A DNA stretch of 64,000 nucleotides. Origin: Lingula anatina (lineage: Eukaryota > Animalia > Brachiopoda). Below the pieces are notes generated by a model. That model was not told where the DNA came from. It was given only the letters and a program-made list of their open reading frames with translations, and searched no databases. The stretch is taken from the NCBI GenBank assembly GCA_051362555.1, contig CM120641.1, positions 36,028,401 through 36,092,400 of the forward strand, in the 5' to 3' direction. How positions within the stretch are numbered: position 1 is the stretch's first letter; every line of letters starts with the position of its first letter. Below, in pieces: positions 49,301-61,300 of the stretch. A program made the translations under genes and the position numbers.

Positions 49301-49708
49301 GATTTATCAAACATGTTTTAACTATTTCATCATTTCTGTAGCCATACTGTAAAATTTATTGAGAGCAGTATATATTTCTCAGGCTTTAAATCATATGATA
49401 TCCATTTTACTCCTGAAAATATGATAAATATACATATTTCTTTACACGCATTACTGTAGATTAATTTTTTGATAATGTTAAAACAGATCGGTGCACAACT
49501 GCATACAGTTAAGTGTGAATACTATATATATTTCTGTCCTCACATTGTGCATCTCATTGCCTTAAGACTATTCTAATTCTGGTATATATGTATATGTATA
49601 TCTTTTTTCTTCTTTTTTTAGGTATTAAGGTTCCTGGAGGAGGAGGTAGCACCAGCCCTTAAGCCTTATGGCAGTGAACTTGGGGGAACAGTAGAACTCA
49701 ACCTTTGA
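42228..49708 (+). CDS. ADSL: Adenylosuccinate lyase, 13 exons, 487 aa
   Basis: Exons 42228-42389, 44063-44266, 44779-44823, 45024-45103, 45598-45769, 46017-46063, 46187-46277, 47101-47170, 47666-47813, 48228-48318, 48619-48708, 49042-49218, 49622-49708 sum to 1464 nt. Motifs [59 protein letters not shown] (fumarate-lyase signature). Confidence 0.97.
42650..43919. mobile_element. 1.27-kb non-autonomous hAT-like element, CAGTCTG...CAGACTG, 6-bp TSD GTACTG, in ADSL intron 1
   Basis: 7-bp TIR; GTACTG at 42644-42649 and 43920-43925; subterminal CTAGCCC/GGGCTAG motifs and CTAGCCCG..GGGCTAG hairpins at both ends. Confidence 0.85.
45274..45520. mobile_element. Decayed palindromic MITE-like element in ADSL intron 4 (related copy at 61518-61745)
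   Basis: Ends TTAGGCCCCAT / ATGGGGTCTAA with a long imperfect internal stem. TTAAGCTGATTGCACTTAGTGAGAATCCCCACAGAGTTGGGGCGATC resembles both arms of the 61.5-kb element. Confidence 0.6.
46297..46373. repeat. (TA)n microsatellite
   Basis: Direct reading. Similar tracts at 53383-53431 and (TA)n(GA)n at 61208-61296. Confidence 0.95.
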
Positions 49709-52700
49709 CAAAAGTTTTCAGCTTTATGGGTCTTAGAATTCCGCTACAATATTATTGAATTTTGTATTAAATTCTTTTATCCTAGAATACATCAAATTGA
49801 AAATCAGACTAACTTTAATGTGTCATTAAACAATAAAAGACAATATCAAGAAATATGTTAACTATTGGATATTTGAATAAATATTGATTGTGAAGTATCT
49901 TTTAGAAAATACTGCTAAATTTTCCTCTGGGAAACACCACTATTTAGTTTGCTATATTAGTAACTTTTATCATTTGTGTGTAATCTCAAGCAGTGAATAA
50001 ATAAGAAAAATAAAAAAAATGGGTTTTTGTTTTCAAACTGAATATATTTATTTACCATAAGAATAGAAGTCTGATTGCTTCATTATGATGGTATAAATTG
50101 GACTTCAGTTGACAAAAATCTGATTGAAAATAATGTTTAGGCAGAATGGATAGACCCATGTTTTGATTCTGGATATTTTTCCTTTTCTAAAGTGTAGTTC
50201 AAAATAATGGACAAATTAAAGTTTTAAAAACAAAATGGTAAAATCCACACCTTTAGAAAATTTTCCTAGTAATGAAGCTTAGTTCAAGTATCAGTTGTGC
50301 AAATTTCTAAGATGAATGATATTGATTTTAAAGGAGTAGGTACCCTAAAAATGCAAATCTACAGAAATCGTTAACATGGCAAGGTACGTAGATGTGCATG
50401 CGTCAAATAGTCTAGTTTATTATTAATTAACTTAAACTAATATATGCTTAACTGAGACTTACAAAGTGCAGTTCAGTTTACTTGTTTGATGTGGAAAAAC
50501 TCAATATCAGCCTTAATGTCAGACATAGACCACTTTAATTCTGTATTATGAGATAATGTCCACATGATGATGTTTACTGAAAGGTGTTTTTTTTTTCATG
50601 AAAGTGTCAGTGCCAGTGGCTTTACTCCATGCATTATTTGGCTGTTTCTTTAGTTTGTATATTGTTTAAAGTATAAATCAATGCAGGTTCTGAGCTAAGA
50701 AAATGTATTGTCATCCTTTGCAAAGAAAAGACACTATAGGACATGTAAATGTTACTTTATTACATTGTGCAATAGTAGTGGAATGTATTTAGAGGCCTGT
50801 GATAGAAAGAAATCAGCAAGTGATAGATTTTTAATCCATCATCTAGAAATTAGTTTGAACAGCAAAGCAACTTAATCAGGATTAGTTCTGAGTAAAAATC
50901 CATTGAAGCATATGATTTACAGTTATCACTTGACAATTTGGATGAAAGCTTTTACTTTGGATGTTAACCAAGCATCTTTGTTTAAAGTAATGAGCCTTAG
51001 CAAGTAAATTTATCTAGATTGATTAAGAAAATTAGCTGTTGCCAAGCACATGTTGATTTCCCACCTGTTTCATGTTATTTCTAGCAAGATAGTGCTATTG
51101 TCATATACAGTGTCAGTTTCAATAGTTGAGCATTAATCAACAATGTTCTGCTGAATTAAAATTTGCCCCACCTCCTCTTGCTCAGATGTAATAATGGTAA
51201 GTTAGATCATGATCATTGCTACCATTTAACTTTTATATGTAGTTCTATGCTCTATGAAAATACATGTACGTTTGGAGTTTCTCAATGCAGCATTGTAGTG
51301 ACATTTATTTGTTTGTATTGTACTTGGGTACTTGGGTACCTGTGACCTGGAGAGGCACCTAACAGTGCACAAACAATGGGTATGGAATATTACATTGAGA
51401 ACAATCTATGGCCATAGTGTTCATTGTTAGTTTTTGGTGTTAGCCATGAGGCAAAGGGTGAAAAGTTGCATGGATATAAGCATGCGCGAAGTAAATAGGT
51501 GACTTTTGGACAAGGTCTCTCGGAGCAGCTGGTATGTTAGATACAGCATAGGGACTGCACTTGAAATTGCTCTTTTGATGACATTATATCCATAGACCAG
51601 TTGTTGGGTCTGTTAATTTGGTATGATCTTAATTTATTTCAAGATTTGGGATTGAATTGTGAGGAATTGTGTTCATGATAGTTGTTAATTAGTGGAATAT
51701 TAGTAAAATATGTCTGACATGAAACTTAAGTTGTTTCCAGGTTTTTTTTCTAAATTTAAGGGTTATTTGACTTGATAAGTTAACTACTACAACAACTTCA
51801 AACATGGGACTAAGTGTTACTAGGATTAAGCCATTCTAGCAAAAGATTCAGACAGAAAGACCTCAGTGCTTTTCTCTTAGACTCGAGATATAGCATAATA
51901 CATAATAAATGTACATACTGGTGAAGTCAAAGTAGTTATTGCTGGATGATAGCCTTTAATTATGAAATTGACCTAAAATTTAAATGGTAGAACTAGCTAT
52001 TTGTGTAATATGTTGAATTTTAAAAGAAAATACTTAATTGATATTCTCTTCTTTAGATTAATTGATAATTAATAAATAGAAATGCTTCACCAAAGTTGCC
52101 ATGTGCCTGTGTATTGATCTTAACAGTGGTCCTGCACGAGATCAATAATATTACCAAACTTTTTCAATAAGAAATGTGTCCCCATTTATATTGAACACAC
52201 ATGCACACTAAGTATTTTCCTGTTTTATGCACTAAAATGGGTATATATACATGTACATATGAGACCTGGGAGAATAAAATATACATGTAGAAGAACGTTT
52301 TGATAACAATACGGAATTAAAGGTAGGTTGAGGTACATACTTAAGCATTGACATAAGCCTGAAAAAGATGGCTAGCTAGAATGTCTTACAAGGATATGTC
52401 TTTACCTTGCAAGCTTGCCAACAAGGGCTGATTAGTCGATTGTTAATAGGCCACCTGCAAGGTTGTATACTTCTTTCTTCATGCAGGTATGCAGGCAGTT
52501 GAAAATTGCATCAAATACTGATTACTCAATTTGAGTGTATTTATTGCAAAGCATTAGGTTATGTAATAGAAATTCTTTCAGTAAGAGGGAGTTATTCAGT
52601 GCTTTATAATACGTGTGTCATTTGGTTTCAAGGTTATTTTTTGGCCAAAATTAGGCAAATGATTACCACTATTTAAGGATTGCGTGCTTTGAGTTGGAAT

Positions 52701-52767
52701 TATAGTCAAATAATTCTAAGTTAAGCTGTTTGAAGAAACTAACAAAATTGTAACTTTGTCTTTATAT

Positions 52768-52940
52768 GGGGCCGTAGTAATAGTTAGAAGGTTCAACAGT
52801 CCAAATGTTCATTGGTCTGAATGTTCACTATGGAACCATCGGACCAATGAACCCTTGATAAAAAAACGATGAAAATGTTACTATTTTTTGGACTAATGAA
52901 CCTTCCGACCAATGAACCTTTGGACTATCGAGACGCCCCC
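52768..52940. mobile_element. More complete copy of the GGACCAATGAACC-subrepeat MITE family
   Basis: GGGGCC...CGCCCCC ends and inverted subrepeats (GTTCATTGGTC vs GACCAATGAAC). Homologous to 15132-15261. Confidence 0.7.
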
Positions 52941-53209
52941 ATTTATATAAGACAGCTGAGGATATTGTGGGTGCTAAAGCTTTTTGAAGTTTTTTTTTTT
53001 TTTAGATTATACAAAACCATTAGAAATGCCCTAGTTCTAACAGTGCAGGGCATATCTCTGAAGAAAAAGGACACACCTGAAAACATGAAGACATATTGCA
53101 TTCAATTATGACATCTCCTGAAGAAAAGTGATGGCCACTGAATGAGAAACAGAAGGACATTAAAAACAAAATAACAGGAACAATTAACATCCATGGAATT
53201 CAATAGATC

Positions 53210-53379
53210 ATGAGTAAAACAAAGTTGTGGGCAGAGAGGCGCGAGTCTAGTCAGAGCAATAAAGTAAGTACCACTACAACATGAATGTAGTACGTGGCAT
53301 CATTATACTTGTGACATTAATCTGTGACTGTTTAACTTGGTTTCTACTAGTTATTGTAGCACAGTGTAGATGTCATGGT

Positions 53380-53435
<56 letters not shown>

Positions 53436-55756
53436 AGGAATCATTCTATCTACACACAACTTACCCAAGTCTCAAATTTAAAGGCAATAAGCAGGATAAC
53501 AATGGTATTAAGTGGGTTTCCTTTGGTATTCAAAAAATAACATATTACTTTAAAATGTACAAGTATATACTAGGGAAGTCAAATGAGATGTCATATCTGT
53601 AAATTTTTAGGTATCAGAGACTGAGACAGATGAGAGTTTTACTATTAAACTTGCTGCTGCTCACATTGAGGATGCTATCCATGGAAGGTATGTAACTTTT
53701 TCCATTCATTGTACAATATATGGTAAGATTCCATGCAGCCAGAGCCAAAGACTAATGATGGTAATAAGTAAATTTAGAACTTAAGAAGTAATTCCACTAT
53801 TGAACAACTTATAGTGTTAATTTCATACCTAAATTCATTTAGCAAAGTTGAACTAGTTGCTACTGAGACCAGATAAATCCATAAATAGTTATACATCACA
53901 ACTTGTAAATAATGTCAGAATGTTTATATTTAAAATATAAATTGTTTTTAGAATTAATACAATTGTCTGAATACCTAATTGGATGTGGATAGAGAAGAAA
54001 ATAAATTTAGTATTAAAATCAATACAGATAGATAAAAACAAACTCCATTTATATGTTTTTCTAATCTGTTGATAGACTTACGATGTGCCATTTTACTTAC
54101 AGAGCTGCTTATGGTAAAGCCAAAGCCATACAGAGCACACCGTGGATGCAAAGGTAAGGATTTCTTTCTGGATTCAAGTTTCAGGGCTTATATGGGACTT
54201 CTCTGTAACTAGCACATACATGTACTTAATCCCTGTCAAGGATCCAATAAATCCTGTACTGGTAGGAGCCAATAGGACATTGGCCCAATTTCCTATAGGA
54301 TCTTATAGAAACCTATATAGGACTTTTTAGTAAGGGAGTTTCATATGTCTGATAGACTGTAGCCTTAAAAATGCCTACATGTTGGCATTTTCCTTTGAAC
54401 AGATGAATTAGAATTTCTGCATGTGAAGGCACATTTACAGCTAGCTAAGTTCACTTCTCTACTCTTTGCAGCTTCCAGTGTTTCAATCATTAGAGGCATA
54501 CAGACATGATCAACTGTTCATGAAAAATAAAAAGACAAAGTCTAGAAACTGCACTTGTGCAATTGTTTTCAACAAGTTTCGTTATTTTGTCAGGTGTTTC
54601 CAAATAGTATCTAACAAGTGGTACAACCGTTTTCTGGTGCTTAATGTCATTGTCCATTCCTGCTTGGTGGCTTGGGAACCCACACAGATTGATGAACCTG
54701 CAGGGTCGTAAGTAATGTTATAATCAGATTATACTCCTATATATGCAGCGAAGTACAGTACAGTACAGTAAAACCATATTAAGTTCTTGTATTTCAAGGT
54801 CACATTCAGAACGGGTGATCTGCAGACTAACTGATCCTCAAACTACATATGGCTGACCCCACCTCCATAGGCACCATTAAATGGATTAAGGCTTCATTCA
54901 CATGGAATGTCTATTTTCTAAATTCTATTTTCTATTCGCGGTATGTCTTGTGATCACGGTCTGTGCCCTGAATATCCCGCGGCGTAATTACTGGCAGCGC
55001 GAGCCAGTTACTATAAGTTACTATAGGTAACTGGCTCACGCTGCCAGTAATTACGCGGCGGGATATTCAGGGCCCAGACCGTGATCATAAGATACCGCAA
55101 ATAGAAAATAGATTTTTAGAAAATAGACATTCCATGTGAACGAAGCCTAAATCTCAGCTCCCAGGTTAAATTGCTAGGCCCCTGCAGGGATACAGAGGGA
55201 TCAGGGATTAATCTGCATTGCTTTTAAGTGGGACAGCCATTTTTGATCTGTGGATCTGTTAGTCCACGGATCAACTTGTTCTGAATGTGCCCAAAGACTC
55301 CAATCCTTCATCAAATATTTGTCTGTTCTTGCAGAGCTTAATTGACAAATGTGAGATTCATTATTTATTTACACAGACCTTCCCTATTCAGAGACTTTGT
55401 TTGCAGGATTGTTTGATTTTGTGTAAGAAATTATTTTGTCTTCTAGAACTCACCCTGTGGTATTTGTGATAGGGTTTGTCTGCTTGGCCATATATGTAGC
55501 AGACCTCGTCTTCAGCATATCATTTTTCACGTGGAAAAGTGTGAAGGATTTCAAAGTGGAAGAGACAAAATGGCTTAGGTATAGCATTTTATAACTGCAG
55601 GAATGTTTTACCAAATTGAGTGATCTACACAGTTGCAATAATGTTACTTTTGAATCCTAGCCCTTATGATTCTTTGAACGTTGTTTTGAAAGATAACTTT
55701 GATTTCTTTAGTAATAATTCTGCCTAATAGTTTATCAGTACTAATAGTAAGTGCAT

Positions 55757-55787
<31 letters not shown>

Positions 55788-58700
55788 TTTTTTTTTTTTT
55801 TTTGAAAATTGATGTCAAATATGTTGTGAAATAGACCATCCCTATGAAACGTTTTGTAAAACAAGGTTTTGCACCAGTCTGTTTTTATTATGGAAGAGGA
55901 TCTGAATAGAATATAAAAATAGTTGAAAAACACACACTGTAAGATTTTAAGACTGATATCGATTTTGCTTCAACTTCAGGGTGGAGTGCATCTTCATTAC
56001 CATGTTCATCATAGACTATTTGTTACTACTTGTCCAGCATTTTGTAGCATTAGGAGGAATCACTGCAGTAAGTATATGAACATGTCTGTCTTTATGACTT
56101 GAAAAAAGTTGTGAGCATGTTGCCTTTATTTCATCTTTTTAGCATGGATTTTTGATAGATTTTAATTTAAACTAACAATTTTAGTTCATGTAACAAGTGG
56201 ACTCTATGATTTTCGTTAATTATGATAATTGTTTCTTTAATTCAGCGTATACCAAGTCCGTTCCGTTGCCTGCGACTGGCAACTATCTTCTGTAAGATCA
56301 CCAATGTGGCTCATGTGTTTGAGATAGCTCTTCTTGTCCTGTTCAAGATTATCAAGGTAATAAGCAAAAATTCTTATATAATTTTTTATCAAATGAAAGT
56401 TTTCAGACCATATGATCTCAGCTCAAACAATGATAATTTTTGTATGAAAATTAACTAATAATAATTTACATGTTAGAGGGAAGCCTGCAACCTGTCAGAG
56501 GGAAGCCCTCATAAGTTATGTTTAAATCCTTGCTTAATCAATTTGGAACATTCATATCAGCTATGTTCTGTATCATTTTAAAACAAAACATGTTTTTATC
56601 CAGTTTCTCCTGATTATCCTGGGTTTTGTTGCTGTGTTTGCTGCCATTGGCATTCAGCTGTTTATGATGGACTATCATTATATTGGTTGTTACCATAGAG
56701 AAAACTTGACCAATGCAGATGGTATGCCTTGCAATGAAAGTATATCTGATGATACCACAGGGTAAATAAAAATTTGATAGTCTTTTATTTAGGGACAGAT
56801 TTATGGTGACAATTGTTATGCACGAAATTTTATGAAGGATTAAAGCAAATTCAAATTTTGAAATTTTTTAGCACTTCAAATATAGTGCAATTATTCCATA
56901 AATAATTTGTCTTGAAATATTTAAAATAAATGAACAGTGTGCTTGTTTGCAGTTTTTTTAAATGTACAATTATTTTATTTCAGATCTTTTGATAACATAG
57001 CATTTTCCTTTATAAAAGTGTTCAGTTTGCTAACAACCTCAAACTACCCTGTAAGTACCTCTCTGCTTGAAAAGAGAATGCAGTTAGATAGTATTAATAA
57101 AGCCCATATGACTTTCAGACAATTTCAAGGAAAAAAAAGAAAGGCCACATTTCCAGGCTAAAATCCTTTAAAAACAAGAATCCTCAAATTTTGAATTATG
57201 GTAACATTTTATGAATATTAAAACTTGTTTTCTATTAAGGTGTTTCTTATGATAAAAAGTGTATTTATTAATATGAATTTGTTGTTATTAAAAGCAATAT
57301 TACTTTGTCATCAGCACATCATGTGGGGAGCGTATTTGGCATCCTGGACAAGCTTCTTCTATTTTGCCGTCTTCCTCTATGCAGGATTGTTCATAGCCAC
57401 TGCTCTACTGCTTGCCATTATAGTTGATGAATATTGGTGAGTTAATCCTAAGATTATTAAACAACCAGTCAGTACTTGTGGTATGTAATCATATATGTTT
57501 GATTTTTGTCATGTTTACTTTGGTTTTTGAAAGCACTTGCAGCACTTAGATTATTTAGAAGCATTCTTCCATTGGGGTCTATTTTATCCCCATTCTGGGA
57601 AGGACAAGTGCTTGACTTGAACCCTCCTCACCCCCATTCCCCAATTCTTAATGAATTATGACTGTTTTTTTTTGTGTGTGTGGTTATTATAAGTTTTTTG
57701 TTTATGTAAGTTGTCAAACAATACTGACCTTATAAGAATCTGCATTTATTCTCAGGGCCTCCTGTAAAGCAGATGTCAAACGTGAACGAAAGCAAGAGAG
57801 GGGGGAAATAGTAAAGGCATTCAACCTGTTGGATGATCCAGGTGCTGGGAAAATTCCTGTTGATGATGAAAAACTTTTTCAAGTTTTTAAGTTATTAAAA
57901 CCCAATGTGAGTATTTGAGATTATATACAGCTATATTGTATAAAAATTAAAATAACTCATGTAAGATTTTGAAATTATGTTTTCAGACCAACTAGATAAA
58001 TGCCATTTGTCTAAAATGTAACACATTGGTGCAATTTGTCAGTTGTAATAATTTATGTTAAAAAAACAAGGTGATGTATTTTTTAAAATTACTTGACATC
58101 TGTTGACATGACATGAAGATTTTTGACTTTGAATTGACTTTAGATGATTAATTCCATTTCCTTTTCCATGCAGAATTCGAGGGCAGAAATCAAAGAGCTT
58201 ATTCAAATCATGGATATGGATTGTGATGGAAAGATCAGTAATTTTGACTGTGTCACTATGTTAACAGATGTATTGCATTATGAGTTTGAGAAAGTAGATG
58301 AGGAACAGGTGAGGAAAAATAACATGTTACTTGATCTGTATATTCTGTTTGTCATATTTCTTACTTTAAATTGAAGAATACTATTCTATTTTGACTCATT
58401 TTTTCCTACATGGTATTTTGATATTTTTCAAACTAGATAACGCGTATATTGGCTTTAGTTTGAACTTAATGATAACATGGTGCAGCTGCCAATTTATTCC
58501 TTTTCTGATATATTTTATGATTCATAATAATACAATTGTCTCTTGGTTTTCAGGATAAAGGCAACAAGTGCATTGTAGCATACAGAAGTGCTTGCAAGAA
58601 AGTGTTTGAGTCAAAGGGATACAATTGGTTTTCAGTCATATTAATTTTGATTCATAGGTGAGTTGTGTGCTGCTGCTGATTAGGTAAATTTTGAGTACCC

Positions 58701-59051
58701 CAATGGAAATTTTACTGCCTTCTCAATTTTTTGTTTACACTGTTAAATTGATGCATTCGAAAAAAATGATATAATATACTAAAACAAGTTGCTAGTACTG
58801 TGTGACCAGACATATACTTGGCAACCCCATGTTTACAAAATTATTATTGTCTAAAATAATTATTGTCTGAAAAGTGCTCATTTCCATTGTTGATATACTA
58901 GATATACAGTTATGATACAAATGTATAATCTGTAACTATCTAATTTGTTATTATTTTCAGTGCATTGTTTTGCATGAAGTGGTATAATATGGGACAGACA
59001 GAAGAAACAGTAGTACATCTTCTAATGACCAGCATCACAGTGATTCTCTTG
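53210..59051 (+). CDS. Divergent two-pore channel (TPC)-like cation channel; 14 coding exons (494 aa) covering domain I, the EF-hand linker and the start of domain II; the remainder was not found in the window
   Basis: Exons 53210-53263, 53611-53687, 54076-54153, 54594-54707, 55447-55578, 55980-56067, 56246-56356, 56604-56761, 56984-57050, 57315-57436, 57756-57906, 58174-58308, 58554-58657, 58961-59051 join in frame. KLAAAHIEDAIHGR (TPC N-terminal motif), S4 PFRCLR, pore VFSLLTTSNYP, S6 LLLAIIVDEY, linker AFNLLD and DMDCDGKISNFD. Confidence 0.82.
54798..55292. mobile_element. Older TIR MITE (GG(T/G)CACATTCAGAAC ends) hosting a nested insertion
   Basis: GGTCACATTCAGAACGGGTGATC..GACTAAC pairs imperfectly with GTTAGTC..GATCAACTTGTTCTGAATGTGCCC. 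The TSD is degenerate. Confidence 0.65.
54890..55147. mobile_element. 258-bp palindromic Tourist-like MITE, TSD TAA
   Basis: Same length as 22307-22564 and near-identical to it in the opposite orientation, with TAA on both flanks. Confidence 0.92.
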
Positions 59052-59257
59052 GTCAGTGCTGCCTTAGTCTAAATCTTCTAGATCTTCTTTTTACTACACC
59101 AATAATTATTTATGGCAAATTAAAATATTAATTTAAAAAGTTTTAAAACCACAAAATCTTTGAGCAGCATCACATTGATGTTTTGGTCAGTGCTGCCTCT
59201 AGTTATGTGCTTTCTATATATTTTTAGCTGTTACAACCATTATTTATGGCAATATAA

Positions 59258-59480
59258 TTACGTACAGACACATCGTGTCTCTACATATGATCATCAGCAG
59301 CATCTGTGGTTGCCTTGTCATTGTCGTCGCCATGCACTTTGAGAGATAACATGATAAGTAATAAAATAAGAAATAACCTATTCTCTTCAAAGTTGCAGAA
59401 CTGATGGATATACATAAAATGCAGGTTGAGTTTTAAAATTAGATTGACTGGATCATTTTTTCAGAAGTTAAGCTGTTTTT
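59258..59480 (+). mobile_element. Degenerate 5' fragment of the HINE-like family seen at 10829 (further fragments at ~60278-60400 and ~62634-63085)
   Basis: Shared GTACAGACAC..GTGTCT hairpin, GTCGTCGCC and GCACTTT..GATAACA(C/T)GATAAGT core start. The 62.9-kb fragment also matches the AAGGTGTGACTTT..GCTAGTCACATTTTCT block at 11.95/12.31 kb. Confidence 0.7.
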
Positions 59481-60070
59481 TCCGCTTTTTATTTATTTAT
59501 TTTTTTTTTTGACTTGGTACTTGTATTGGACTTGCTTACAAATTTTTAAAAGTCGGCCTGATAGGAATTTTAGCAGTTGATTTAAATTAATTTCCCGTTT
59601 TATGTAAATGCTAATTTGAAGTTTGAATAAGTAATTTTATTTGTTAGTAAACAGTGAGCTGAAATGTATATAAGAGGGGTGCTTTTTCTGACAAAAAAGT
59701 GGATATCCTTCCATTAATTGCTCCAATATGCAACAAGGATTAAGAATTTTTAAATTCAGGACAGACCAGTTTTCTACCCAGAGTAGTGGTTCTTTCAATC
59801 TTTTATTTGACTACAAAATGATAACATAAGTTGCTGTACACTATGCATTTGCCTTTAAAAGTAAAATAAACAATGTACTAGGATATAAACCCCAGAACAT
59901 GACAAAAAAGGCTAGCAAATGCTAACAAGAAAATGCATTTTTTTTTCGGTGGGTGCAGTTTCTCCCAAAAGGGTTCAGTTCTTCAGAAATGTACCGGGTA
60001 ATTAAGTATGCATAGACTGGAAGAATGTGGAACTGTGACTGGAAGAATGGAAGATACAAATAATAGCTGT

Positions 60071-61204
60071 TTACAGCCCATGAAGATCTTGATATTCCTC
60101 CAGATCCTTAACTTCTGTTGAGAATGGTATGTTTTCAGGAAGCTGTTTTGGGTGTAAGGTAACCGCTTCTTTCGGTGTTCCCTGTGGTTGTCTTTCTTCC
60201 CATTTTTCTTCAGGGTCTTGTTCAGGGTGTCCGAAAATACCCTAGTATGTTTAAAATTCTTAATCAGAAAACAATGGGTATATAAAACAGATGTGTCTGT
60301 AAATAAAGCTGTCACCTTCATCTGAGTTGATGTCGCCATCACTGTGCACTTTCAGAGATAACATGATAAGTGGAAAACCATTTCATCTTGCTATTATTTT
60401 CAACTTTTTGTAGTTTAATATAACAAAAAAAAATAAATAAATAGATAAATAAACCAAAGTAATTTAGTTGGTTGTGTCAAGCAAAAGGGTATGGACCACA
60501 ATGGAAATAAGTGTTTTCCACTTTCTTTTGTCATCCATGTATTTATCATTATTGAAATATATTTTGTAAATAATTCCCATATTATGTATGTAATATATCA
60601 AACCAAAGCCAAAAAGGCTCTGTTTAGGTGACTTTTTTAAATAATATAGTGGTACAGCTGAAATAGCACTCAATGTGAAAAAGAAAGGAGTGAAGTCATC
60701 TGAACAAACAACATATTTACTCCCTACCTTACCATTCCCAGTGACTGTCACAGTTTGTGTTGATTGACTATTGAGCAGACTGGCTGCATTTTGACCAGAG
60801 TCAGGACTTTCAGGTGTAAGTGATGGTATCGAGTGGCCCTGATCTGAACTGTTCTGTCTGTCAGTCATGTTTAACTCTGCAAGGGACAATATGACAAAGT
60901 GCTTTTTTTCCTAATGTGTACATTTACAGTAACTGCATGTTATTCAACAAAAGAAACATTTATGTAAATTGGTATTCTTAGATTTTTCTTCTGTTTAACA
61001 AGCATTGTATACTAGGGCCTTCTGAAAACATTATATATCAAGTTGTGTCAGGCAGAGATACACCTGTACATGTTGTAACTATTGAACTAGAACGCAATGC
61101 TCAATGGTGAAAATAAAATGTGAAATATTCCAAATCTGGCAAGGGTACACTCATATATATAGTAACTATATATCGAACTTGAATTAAGGAATATTCAGTG
61201 TCAC

Positions 61205-61300
<96 letters not shown>

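Noticed and set aside
49709-53000. Possible gene between ADSL and the TPC-like gene
   Set aside because: No coherent exon chain or recognisable protein motif. It looks like UTR, intron or intergenic sequence, possibly with TPC non-coding leader exons.
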